Positions 27,469-35,539 of a stretch of 35,539 nucleotides of DNA are shown here, one piece after another. Each line of letters starts with the position of its first letter. The first letter of the stretch is position 1. The stretch spans positions 1 to 35,539 of the forward strand of contig DASVDK010000296.1 of the NCBI GenBank assembly GCA_036381125.1. Direction: 5' to 3'. The DNA comes from Thermodesulfobacteriota bacterium. Lineage in GTDB: Bacteria > DASVDK01. Both the position numbers and the translations under genes were made by a program. The notes below the pieces were generated by a model that ran no database searches, was not told the origin of the DNA, and saw only the letters and a list, made by a program, of their open reading frames with translations.

Positions 27469-28633
27469 GCCGCGCAGCCTCGACGCCGCGGTGGTCGCGT
27501 TCGCGGCCCGATTGCGCGCCGAGGGGCTCGAGCCGCCGGCGGGGCACGCGCTCGTGGCGCTCCGGGCCCTCGAGGCGGTCGACGTGGCCGACCGCGAGGA
27601 GACCCGCCTCGCCCTGCGGGCGGTCTTCCCGTCCCGGCCCGAGGAGCTGCCGATCTTCGACCGGGCCTTCGACCGCTTCTGGGCGGCCCGGCCGCCGCGC
27701 ATGCCGGCCGTCAACGAGGTGCCGCTGCCGCCCGACCGGCGCGACCCTCCGGTCGCGCGGACGGACGGGGCGCGAGCCGAGCCGCGCGTCCTCGCGGGGC
27801 TCGCCCCGCTCGCCGAGACGCTCAGGGAGTGGGCCGAGGGGGAGGCCGCGGAGGACGACGACGCCCGACTCGACACGGCGGCCCTCTCCGACATCGAGGT
27901 CGTCGCCGAGAAGGACTTCTCCACGTTCACCCCCGACGAGCTGCCGGCCATCCGCCGCCTCACCCGCCGGCTCGCCCGCCGCCTGGCCGGGCGGCTCGGC
28001 CGGCGGCGGGTCGCCGGCCGCCGCGGGGCGGTCGACCTGCGCCGGACCCTGCGGCGGAACCTGGGCAAGGGCGAGGTCATCGAGCTGGCCTACCGCCGGC
28101 GGGCGCCGCGGCCGCCGCGCCTCGTCGTGCTCTGCGACGTGTCGGGGTCCATGGACCTCTACAGCCGGTTCCTGGTGCAGTTCCTCCACGCGCTGGCCGG
28201 CGCCTTCGCCGGGCTCGAGGTGTTCACCTTCTCGACGCGCCTGACGCGCGTGACCCCCTGCCTCAGGGCGCGGAGCTTCGCCCAGTCGCTGGCGGCGCTC
28301 GCGACGGTCACCGACTGGTCGGGCGGTACGCGCATCGGCGAGTGCATCGACCGGTTCGTGCGGGAGTGGGGCCGGCGCCACCTCGGCCGCCGCACGGTCG
28401 TGATCATCCTGAGCGACGGCTGGGATACGGGGGACCCGGACCTCCTCGCCGGCGCCCTGTCGGCCATCCGGCGGCGCGGCTCGCGCCTGGTCTGGCTCAA
28501 CCCGCTCCTCGGCCAACCCGATTACGCGCCGGAGACGCGCGGCATGGCGGCGGCGCTGCCGCTCGTCCACGCCTTCCTGCCGGCGCACAACCTCGCGAGC
28601 CTCGCGCGCCTCGAGCGCGCGCTGCGCATCTGA
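27455..28633 (+). CDS. coxE: VWA-domain CoxE protein
   Basis: MIDAS CDVSGSM, FSTRLT, DWSGGTRIG, LSDGWDTG, WLNPL; overlaps coxD. Confidence 0.9.
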   Translation: MDAPRPRSLDAAVVAFAARLRAEGLEPPAGHALVALRALEAVDVADREETRLALRAVFPSRPEELPIFDRAFDRFWAARPPRMPAVNEVPLPPDRRDPPVARTDGARAEPRVLAGLAPLAETLREWAEGEAAEDDDARLDTAALSDIEVVAEKDFSTFTPDELPAIRRLTRRLARRLAGRLGRRRVAGRRGAVDLRRTLRRNLGKGEVIELAYRRRAPRPPRLVVLCDVSGSMDLYSRFLVQFLHALAGAFAGLEVFTFSTRLTRVTPCLRARSFAQSLAALATVTDWSGGTRIGECIDRFVREWGRRHLGRRTVVIILSDGWDTGDPDLLAGALSAIRRRGSRLVWLNPLLGQPDYAPETRGMAAALPLVHAFLPAHNLASLARLERALRI

Positions 28634-28647
28634 CGGGAGGACCACCC

Positions 28648-29721
28648 GTGCACGATCCCCTCGACGAACTCGACCGACTCGCCCGCACCGAGCGCCGCGT
28701 GGCGCAGGCCACGCTCGTCGACACCCGGGGCACCACCCCGCGCAAGGAAGGGGCGAAGATGTGGGTGGGTGAGGCCGGTCGCCTCGTTGGCTCGGTCACC
28801 ATCGGCGGCTGCGTGGACGCGCGCGTCGTCGAGGCGGCCGAGGCGGCCCTCGCCGAGGGGAGGCCGCGCCTCGTCGCCGTCGACATGGGGGCCGAGGACG
28901 CCTGGGAGATCGGCCTCTCGTGCGGCGGCACGGTCGAGGTTTTCGTCGAGCCGATCGCGCTCGAGCCGGGCAGCCCGACGCTCGACCTCACGCGCCGCCT
29001 GCGGGCCAACACCGAGGCGGGCGGCCGCGCCGCGCTCGTGACCTCGCTCGACGGCGGCGGCCGGTTCCTCCTCTACGAGGACGGCCGGCGCGAGGGGAGC
29101 CTCGGCGACCCGGCGCTCGACGCCGCCGCCGTGCCGGTCGCCGCCGATCTCCTGCGCCGGGGCGCCTCCCGTACGATCGACCTCGGCGCGGGCCGGCGCG
29201 TCTTCGTGGAGAGCCACGGGCCGCGCGCGACGCTCGTCATCGTCGGCGCCACCCACGTCGGCGTGCCGCTCACGTCGCTGGCCAGGGTCATGGGCTTCCG
29301 GACCGTCGTGGTCGACGCCCGCCCGCGCTTCGCGACGCGCGAGCGCTTCCCGGACGCCGACGAGATCCGCATCGGCATCCCCTCGGAGATCGTCGCCGGG
29401 ATGCCGCTCACCCCCTCGACGGCGCTGGTGCTGCTGGCGCACGACTACAAGTTCGAGCGGCCGGTCCTCGCCCACGCGCTCGGGACCGAGGTGGGCTACA
29501 TCGGCATGCTCGGCAGCCGGCGGCGAGGCGCGGCCGTCAAGCGGCTCCTCGAGGAGGCGGGCGTCGCGCCGGCCGCACTCGAGCGGATCCGCGTGCCGAT
29601 CGGGCTCGCGCTGGGGGGCGACTCGGCGGCCGAGATCGCCCTCGCCATCCTTGCCGAGATCCAGGCGTCCAGGACCGGCGCCAGCGCCAGGCCGCTGGCG
29701 TCGGTCGGGGCCGGGCGATGA
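28648..29721 (+). CDS. XdhC/CoxI family Moco chaperone
   Basis: C-terminal part of ORF 27829..29721, GTG at 28648 after GGGAGG. ATLV...TPRKEGAKM, GSVTIGGCVD, GLSCGG, HDYKFE, YIGMLGSRRR, PIGL. Confidence 0.9.
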   Translation: MHDPLDELDRLARTERRVAQATLVDTRGTTPRKEGAKMWVGEAGRLVGSVTIGGCVDARVVEAAEAALAEGRPRLVAVDMGAEDAWEIGLSCGGTVEVFVEPIALEPGSPTLDLTRRLRANTEAGGRAALVTSLDGGGRFLLYEDGRREGSLGDPALDAAAVPVAADLLRRGASRTIDLGAGRRVFVESHGPRATLVIVGATHVGVPLTSLARVMGFRTVVVDARPRFATRERFPDADEIRIGIPSEIVAGMPLTPSTALVLLAHDYKFERPVLAHALGTEVGYIGMLGSRRRGAAVKRLLEEAGVAPAALERIRVPIGLALGGDSAAEIALAILAEIQASRTGASARPLASVGAGR

Positions 29722-30755
29722 CCCCCCGCGCGGTGGGACGCGCCGCCGCCTCGGCGGCCGCACTGCGGGGCCGCGTCCTCTGCCACGACGTCCGCGGGGC
29801 CGACGGCCGCGTGGCGGTCGCCAAGGGGACGCTCATCGACGACGCCGCGGCCGCCGCCCTCCTGGCCGCCCCGTGGCCCGAGCTGCACCTCCTCGACCTC
29901 GAGCCGGACGACCTGCTGCAGGAGCCGGCCGGCGGACGCCTCGCGCGCGCCGTGGCGGGCGACGGCGTGGCGGTCGCCGGCTGCACGGCCGGGCAATGGA
30001 CCCTCGAGGCGACGCGGCGCGGCCTGCTGCGGGTGGACGTGGACGCGCTCGAGGGGGTCAACGCCATCGAGGGGATGGCGGTCTTCACCCTCTTCGACCG
30101 CCAGGTGGTCGACGCGGGCGACGTCGTCGCCCGCGCGAAGGTCACGCGCCTCGCCGTGGGCGCCGGCCTCGTGTCGGCCGCGGAGGGGCGCGCCGGGGCG
30201 GCGCGCGGGCTCGTCCGCGTCCTCCCCTTCCGGACGCACCGGTTCGGCGGCGTGTCGGCCGAGTCGCTCGACGAGCGGGGGCGCGCCCGCTTCGAGACGG
30301 CGCTGGCCGAGAAGGTCGCCTGGTTCGGCTCGTCGCTCGTGGGCGTCCGGCACGCCGGCGACACGGCCGGTGCGGCGGACGCCATCGGCGGCCTCGTCGC
30401 CGAGGGGGCCGACGTCGTCGTCGTGGCCGGTGCGGCGGCGCTCGACCCGCTCGATCCGGTCTACCTCGGCCTCGAGCGCCTCGGCGCGCGGATGGAGCGG
30501 CACGGGCTGCCGGCCCACCCGGGGACGCACCTCTGGCTCGCCTGGCTCGACGGCCTCCCGATCCTCGGCGTCCCCGCGTGCGGGATGTTCTCGCAGGCCA
30601 CCATCGTGGACGTGGTGCTTCCGCGGCTCCTCGCGGGCGAGCGGGTCGGCTCGGGGGAGCTGGCCGGGCTCGGCCACGGCGGCCTCCTCACGCGAGAGGC
30701 CGCGTTCCGCTTCCCCCGGTACCGGGCCGCGGGCGAGCGGGGACTCCTCGGGTGA
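29718..30755 (+). CDS. MoeA-like molybdopterin-binding domain protein
   Basis: C-terminal part of ORF 28920..30755; ATG at 29718 overlaps the upstream stop. VLCHD...KG, DPLD, HGLPAHPGT.LWL, LGVPAC, VLPRLLAG, LGHGGLL. Confidence 0.75.
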   Translation: MTPRAVGRAAASAAALRGRVLCHDVRGADGRVAVAKGTLIDDAAAAALLAAPWPELHLLDLEPDDLLQEPAGGRLARAVAGDGVAVAGCTAGQWTLEATRRGLLRVDVDALEGVNAIEGMAVFTLFDRQVVDAGDVVARAKVTRLAVGAGLVSAAEGRAGAARGLVRVLPFRTHRFGGVSAESLDERGRARFETALAEKVAWFGSSLVGVRHAGDTAGAADAIGGLVAEGADVVVVAGAAALDPLDPVYLGLERLGARMERHGLPAHPGTHLWLAWLDGLPILGVPACGMFSQATIVDVVLPRLLAGERVGSGELAGLGHGGLLTREAAFRFPRYRAAGERGLLG

Positions 30756-31129
30756 CCTACGGCGCCGCGCTCCTCTCGCACTACCGCGCCCCGAGGAACT
30801 TCGGCGCGCTCGAGGACGCCGACGCGACCCACGAGGAGCTGAACCCGCTCTGCGGCGACCGCATCCGGATGTCCGTGCGCGTCCGCGACGGGCGGCTCGA
30901 CGCCGTCCGCTTCCGGGGCGACGCCTGCGCGATCGCCGTCGCGTCCGCCTCGATCCTGACCGAGCTGGTCACCGGGCTCGCGGCCTCGCAGGCCGAGGCG
31001 ATCGGCGACGCGGCCGTCCTTCCGGCGCTCGAGACGGACATCCCCCCCTCGCGCCTGCCGTGCGTCCGGCTGCCGATCGAGGCGCTTCGCGGCGCGCTCC
31101 GCTTGACGCTCGGGGCGGGGAACCTCTAG
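30752..31129 (+). CDS. IscU/SufU (NifU N-terminal) family protein
   Basis: GTG at 30752 overlaps the upstream stop; HYRAPRNFG, NPLCGD, GDACAIAVASAS, SRLPCV (three Cys plus Asp). Confidence 0.85.
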   Translation: MTYGAALLSHYRAPRNFGALEDADATHEELNPLCGDRIRMSVRVRDGRLDAVRFRGDACAIAVASASILTELVTGLAASQAEAIGDAAVLPALETDIPPSRLPCVRLPIEALRGALRLTLGAGNL

Positions 31130-31132
31130 GAT
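31103..31132 (+). promoter_or_regulatory. Candidate sigma70 promoter for form I coxMSL
   Basis: TTGACG (31103-31108), 18 nt, TAGGAT (31127-31132), followed by AT-rich ATAACT; overlaps the 3' end of the iscU-like gene. Confidence 0.5.
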
Positions 31133-31227
31133 ATAACTCCGTTTGCGTGTCGCGCCAGCGCGCGCTCCCTGGCATCGCCCTCCCGACGCGACCGGCACCA
31201 CCCACCCCTCGCGTGAGGAGCCCGGCG

Positions 31228-32121
31228 ATGATCCCTCCCCGCTTCGACTATCACGCCCCGGCGAGCCTCGACGAGGCGCTCTCCCTGCTCGCGCAGTACG
31301 GCGACGACGCCAGGGTGCTCTCGGGCGGCCAGAGCCTGATCCCGCTGCTCAAGCTCCGGCTCGCCTCCCCGCGCGTCCTGGTGGACATCAACCGGATCGC
31401 GCCGCTCGCCCGCCTCGAGGAGGCCGACGGCTCGCTCGTCATCGGCGCCCTCGTCCGAGAGGCCGACCTCGAGACCGCGGCCGCCGTGCGCGCGCGCTAC
31501 CCGATCCTCCTCGACACGGCCGGCGTCATCGCCGACCCGCTCGTCCGCAACCTCGCCACCGTCTGCGGCAACGTCGCCCACGCCGACCCGGCCAACGACC
31601 ACCCGGCCACCATGCTCGCCGTGGGCGCCGAGGCGGTGGTCGTCTCGCGGCGCGGGACGCGGCGGATCCGCGCGGCCGACCTCTTCACCGGCCCGTTCAC
31701 CACCGCGCTCGCGCCGGACGAGATCCTCGCCGAGATGCGGGTGCCGACGCCGCCGGCGCTGAGCGGCGGCGCCTACGTGAAGCTCGAGCGGAAGGTCGGC
31801 GACTTCGCCATCGCGGCCGTCGCGGCGCAGGTCACGCTCGGGGCCGACGGGACGTGCCAGCGGGCCGGCATCGGGCTCACGAACGTCGGCCTCACCCCCA
31901 TCGAGGCGCGGCAGGCGGCCTCGAGCCTGATCGGCCGGCGCCTCGACGACGCCGCCGTCGCCGAGGCCGCTCGCCTCGCCGCGGATGCGGCGGAGCCGAC
32001 GGCCGACCATCGCGGGAGCGTCGAGTACAGGCGGGACCTCGTGCGGGTCCTCACGGCGAGGGCGCTCCGCCGCGCCGCGGCCCGGGCCGGCGCGGACGGC
32101 ACGACGGCGCAGGCGGCCTGA
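31228..32121 (+). CDS. coxM: Aerobic CO dehydrogenase medium (FAD) subunit
   Basis: C-terminal part of ORF 30370..32121; [11 protein letters not shown] after [50 protein letters not shown]. Confidence 0.92.
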   Translation: MIPPRFDYHAPASLDEALSLLAQYGDDARVLSGGQSLIPLLKLRLASPRVLVDINRIAPLARLEEADGSLVIGALVREADLETAAAVRARYPILLDTAGVIADPLVRNLATVCGNVAHADPANDHPATMLAVGAEAVVVSRRGTRRIRAADLFTGPFTTALAPDEILAEMRVPTPPALSGGAYVKLERKVGDFAIAAVAAQVTLGADGTCQRAGIGLTNVGLTPIEARQAASSLIGRRLDDAAVAEAARLAADAAEPTADHRGSVEYRRDLVRVLTARALRRAAARAGADGTTAQAA

Positions 32122-32134
32122 GGAGGACGGGGCG

Positions 32135-32620
<486 letters not shown>

Positions 32621-32645
32621 GATGGCCGGCCGGGAGGCACGTGAG

Positions 32646-35015
32646 ATGTCGCTGCCGCCGACGCCACCCGAGATCGGAGGGATGGGCCACCCGGTGAAGC
32701 GCAAGGAGGACGAGCGCTTCATCCGGGGCAAGGGCACCTACGTGGACGACGTGCACCTTCCGGGCATGCTCCACCTCGACATCGTCCGCAGCCCCTACGC
32801 GCACGCGACGATCAGGCGGATCGACGCCTCGAAGGCGCTCGCCATCCCGGGCGTCCTGGCGGTCGTCACCGGCCAGGACCTCGCGAAGCACAACCTCCAC
32901 TGGATGCCGACCCTCATGTCGGACACGCAGATGGTGCTGCCGACCGACCGGGTCATGTACCAGGCGCAGGAGGTGGCGGCCGTGCTCGCGGTCGACCGCT
33001 ACGTCGCGGCCGACGGCGCGGCGGCGGTCGAGGTCGACTACGACCCGCTGCCGCCGGTCGTCGACCCCTTCGAGGCGCTCGCGCCGAACGCGCCGGTGCT
33101 TCGGACCGACAAGCCGGGCCGGCGCGACAACCGGATCTGGCACTGGGAGGCGGGCGATCGCGAGGCGACCGACCGGCTGTTCGCCGAGGCGGGTCTGGTG
33201 GTGAAGGAGCGGATGCACATCCCGCGCATCCACGTCGCCTCCATCGAGACCTGCGGCTGCGTCGCCTTCTTCGACAAGGCCAGGGACAAGCTCACCGTCT
33301 GGATGACCACGCAGGCCCCGCACGCGATCCGAACCGTCTTCGCCCTCGTGGCGGGTCACGTGGGGCTCGCGGAGCACAAGATCCAGATCATCGCGCCGGA
33401 CATCGGCGGCGGCTTCGGCGGGAAGGTGCCGGTCTATCCCGGTTACGTCATCGCCGTGGCCGCGTCGGTCCTCACCGGCAAGCCGGTCAAGTGGATCGAG
33501 GACCGGATGGAGAACCTCCAGGCCGACTCGTTCGCCCGCGACTATCACATCGAGGGGGAGCTGGCCGCGACGGCGGACGGCCGCATCACCGGCATGCGCG
33601 TCAAGACCCTCGCCGACCACGGCTACACCGACGCCGCGGCGAACCCGTCGAAGTTCCCCGCCGGGCTCTTCAGCATCTGCACCGGCTCCTACGACATGCA
33701 GGCCGCCCACGTGCAGGTCGACGCGGTTTACACGAACAAGCCGCCCGGCGGGATCGCCTACCGCTGCTCCTTCCGGGTGACCGAGGCGGTCTTCGCCGTC
33801 GAGCGGCTGGTCGACATCATGGCCCACACGCTCGGCATGGACCCGGCCGAGTTCCGGTTGAAGAACTTCATCCGCCCCGAGCAGTTCCCCTACCGGTCGC
33901 CGCTCGGCTGGGAGTACGACAGCGGCAACTACGCGGGGGCGCTCCGGCTCGCCATGGAGAAGATCGGCTACGCGGAGCTGCGCCGCGAGCAGGCCGAGAA
34001 GCGCGCCCGCGGGGAGCTCATGGGGATCGGCATCAGCAGCTTCACCGAGATCGTCGGCGCCGGCCCCTCGAAGCACTTCGACATCCTCGGCATCAAGATG
34101 TTCGACTCGGCCGAGGTCCGGATCCACCCGACCGGCAAGGCGATCGCGCGGTTCGGCACCAAGTCGCAGGGCCAGGGCCACGAGACCACCTACGCCCAGA
34201 TCCTGGCCCAGGAACTCGGCATCCCCGTGGCCGACATCACCATCGAGGAGGGGGACACCGACACCGCCCCCTACGGCCTCGGGACCTACGCGAGCCGCAG
34301 CACCCCCACGGCAGGCGCCGCGGCGGCGATGGCGGCGCGCAAGATCCGCGACAAGGCCCGCCGGATCGCGGCGCACCTCCTCGAGGCGGCGCCCGAGGAC
34401 CTCGTCTGGAAGCCGGGGCGCTTCTCCGTGAAGGGCCTGCCGTCCCGCTCGACGACGATCCAGGAGATCGCCTTCGCGGCCTACACGAACCACCCGGAGG
34501 GGATGGAGGCCGGCCTCGAGGCGACGCACTACTACGACCCGCCGAACCTCACCTTCCCCTTCGGCAGCTACGTCTGCGTCGTCGACATCGACAAGGGCAC
34601 CGGGGAGGTGAGGGTCCGGCGCTTCGTCGCGGTCGACGACTGCGGCAACGTCATCAACCCCATGATCGTCGAGGGGCAGATCCACGGCGGCCTGAACATG
34701 GGGCTCGCGCCGGCGCTCTACGAGGAGATCCGGTACGACGAGCAGGGCAACATCCAGGGGGGGAGCTTCATGGACTACCTCGTGCCGACCGCCGTGGAGA
34801 GCCCGAGGTGGGAGACCGCCAGCACCTGCACGCCGTCGCCGCACCACCCGCTCGGCGCCAAGGGGGTCGGCGAGTCGGCGACGGTCGGCGCGCCCCCGGC
34901 CATCGCCAACGCGGTCGTCGACGCCCTCTGGCACCTCGGCGTCCGCCACATCGACATCCCGATCACCCCGCACAAGGTCTGGCAGGCGCTCAGGGCGCGC
35001 GGGGTCACCGAGTAG
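32646..35015 (+). CDS. coxL: Form I aerobic CO dehydrogenase large subunit (Mo-Cu)
   Basis: Active-site AYRCSFR (form I), WMPTL, GGGFGGKV, GQGHETT, GTYASRS; M-S-L order. Start 32646 has a GGGAGG RBS (alternative start 32622). Confidence 0.96.
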   Translation: MSLPPTPPEIGGMGHPVKRKEDERFIRGKGTYVDDVHLPGMLHLDIVRSPYAHATIRRIDASKALAIPGVLAVVTGQDLAKHNLHWMPTLMSDTQMVLPTDRVMYQAQEVAAVLAVDRYVAADGAAAVEVDYDPLPPVVDPFEALAPNAPVLRTDKPGRRDNRIWHWEAGDREATDRLFAEAGLVVKERMHIPRIHVASIETCGCVAFFDKARDKLTVWMTTQAPHAIRTVFALVAGHVGLAEHKIQIIAPDIGGGFGGKVPVYPGYVIAVAASVLTGKPVKWIEDRMENLQADSFARDYHIEGELAATADGRITGMRVKTLADHGYTDAAANPSKFPAGLFSICTGSYDMQAAHVQVDAVYTNKPPGGIAYRCSFRVTEAVFAVERLVDIMAHTLGMDPAEFRLKNFIRPEQFPYRSPLGWEYDSGNYAGALRLAMEKIGYAELRREQAEKRARGELMGIGISSFTEIVGAGPSKHFDILGIKMFDSAEVRIHPTGKAIARFGTKSQGQGHETTYAQILAQELGIPVADITIEEGDTDTAPYGLGTYASRSTPTAGAAAAMAARKIRDKARRIAAHLLEAAPEDLVWKPGRFSVKGLPSRSTTIQEIAFAAYTNHPEGMEAGLEATHYYDPPNLTFPFGSYVCVVDIDKGTGEVRVRRFVAVDDCGNVINPMIVEGQIHGGLNMGLAPALYEEIRYDEQGNIQGGSFMDYLVPTAVESPRWETASTCTPSPHHPLGAKGVGESATVGAPPAIANAVVDALWHLGVRHIDIPITPHKVWQALRARGVTE

Positions 35016-35018
35016 CCG

Positions 35019-35539
35019 ATGGACGCCCTCGACGCCGCCCAGGCGCTGCGCGGCCGGGGGGTCCCCTTCGCCCTCGCCACCGTGGTGCGGCGCGAGCCGC
35101 CCGTCTCGGCCCGGCCCGGGGACAGGGCGGTCGTGAGCGCCGACGGGAGCCTCGAGGGGTGGGTCGGCGGCAGTTGCGCGCACGCGGCGGTCGTGACCAC
35201 GGCGCTCCGCGCGCTGGCCGACGGGACGCCGCGGCTCCTCGTGCTCGACCCCGCGCCCGGCGCCGAGCGGCGCGCCGGCGTCGAGGTGTTCCCCATGGCG
35301 TGCCACAGCGGCGGGACGCTGGAGATCTACGTGGAGCCCTTCCTGCCGCGGCCCCGGCTCGTCCTGATGGGCGCCTCGCCCGTCGCCGAGACGCTCGCCC
35401 GTCTGGCATCGGCCGTCGGCTACCGGGTCTTCGTCCTGGACCCCGTGGCGACCCGCGAGCGATTCCCGGACGCCGAGGCGCTGTTCGCGGACCTGCACGC
35501 CGAGGCGCCGTTCGGGCCGGGCGAGACCTTCGTCCTGGT
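35019..35539 (+). CDS. coxF: XdhC/CoxF family accessory protein, 5' part (runs off window edge)
   Basis: Not in ORF track. Manual translation: MDALDAAQALRGRGVPFALATVVRREPPVSARPGDRAVV...GWVGGSCA...PMACHSGGTLEIYVEPFLPRPRL. Confidence 0.85.
   Translation, partial: MDALDAAQALRGRGVPFALATVVRREPPVSARPGDRAVVSADGSLEGWVGGSCAHAAVVTTALRALADGTPRLLVLDPAPGAERRAGVEVFPMACHSGGTLEIYVEPFLPRPRLVLMGASPVAETLARLASAVGYRVFVLDPVATRERFPDAEALFADLHAEAPFGPGETFVL

Overview
Very GC-rich bacterial window, densely coding, with two metabolic blocks. (1) 1-15461, minus strand: one long, largely translationally coupled organosulfonate catabolic cluster. Gene order is IclR regulator, xsc (sulfoacetaldehyde acetyltransferase), hydroxyacid-oxoacid transhydrogenase-like Fe-ADH, SauS-like acylating aldehyde dehydrogenase, divergent SucC/SucD-like ADP-forming CoA ligase, pta, TctCBA transporter, TauE sulfite exporter, TauC/A/B ABC transporter and an amidase-signature enzyme that runs off the left edge. 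(2) 19014-35539: a molybdo-hydroxylase/CO dehydrogenase region. It has a form II coxSLM set (AYRGAGR) plus coxG on the minus strand, bracketed by direct copies of a ~32-bp GGGGTCAGGTCT-containing repeat. A TetR/acyl-CoA dehydrogenase pair follows, then coxD, coxE, xdhC, a MoeA-like gene, an IscU/SufU-like gene, a form I coxMSL (AYRCSFR) and coxF. An atypical SDR, a hypothetical protein and an esterase lie between the blocks. Most notable are the transhydrogenase, SauS, altered-specificity CoA ligase and amidase inside the xsc operon, the repeat-bracketed form II module, a 76-aa signal-peptide/beta-signal mini outer-membrane ORF, and a U-type scaffold gene inside the cox maturation genes. All calls come from motif recognition by eye; no searches were run.
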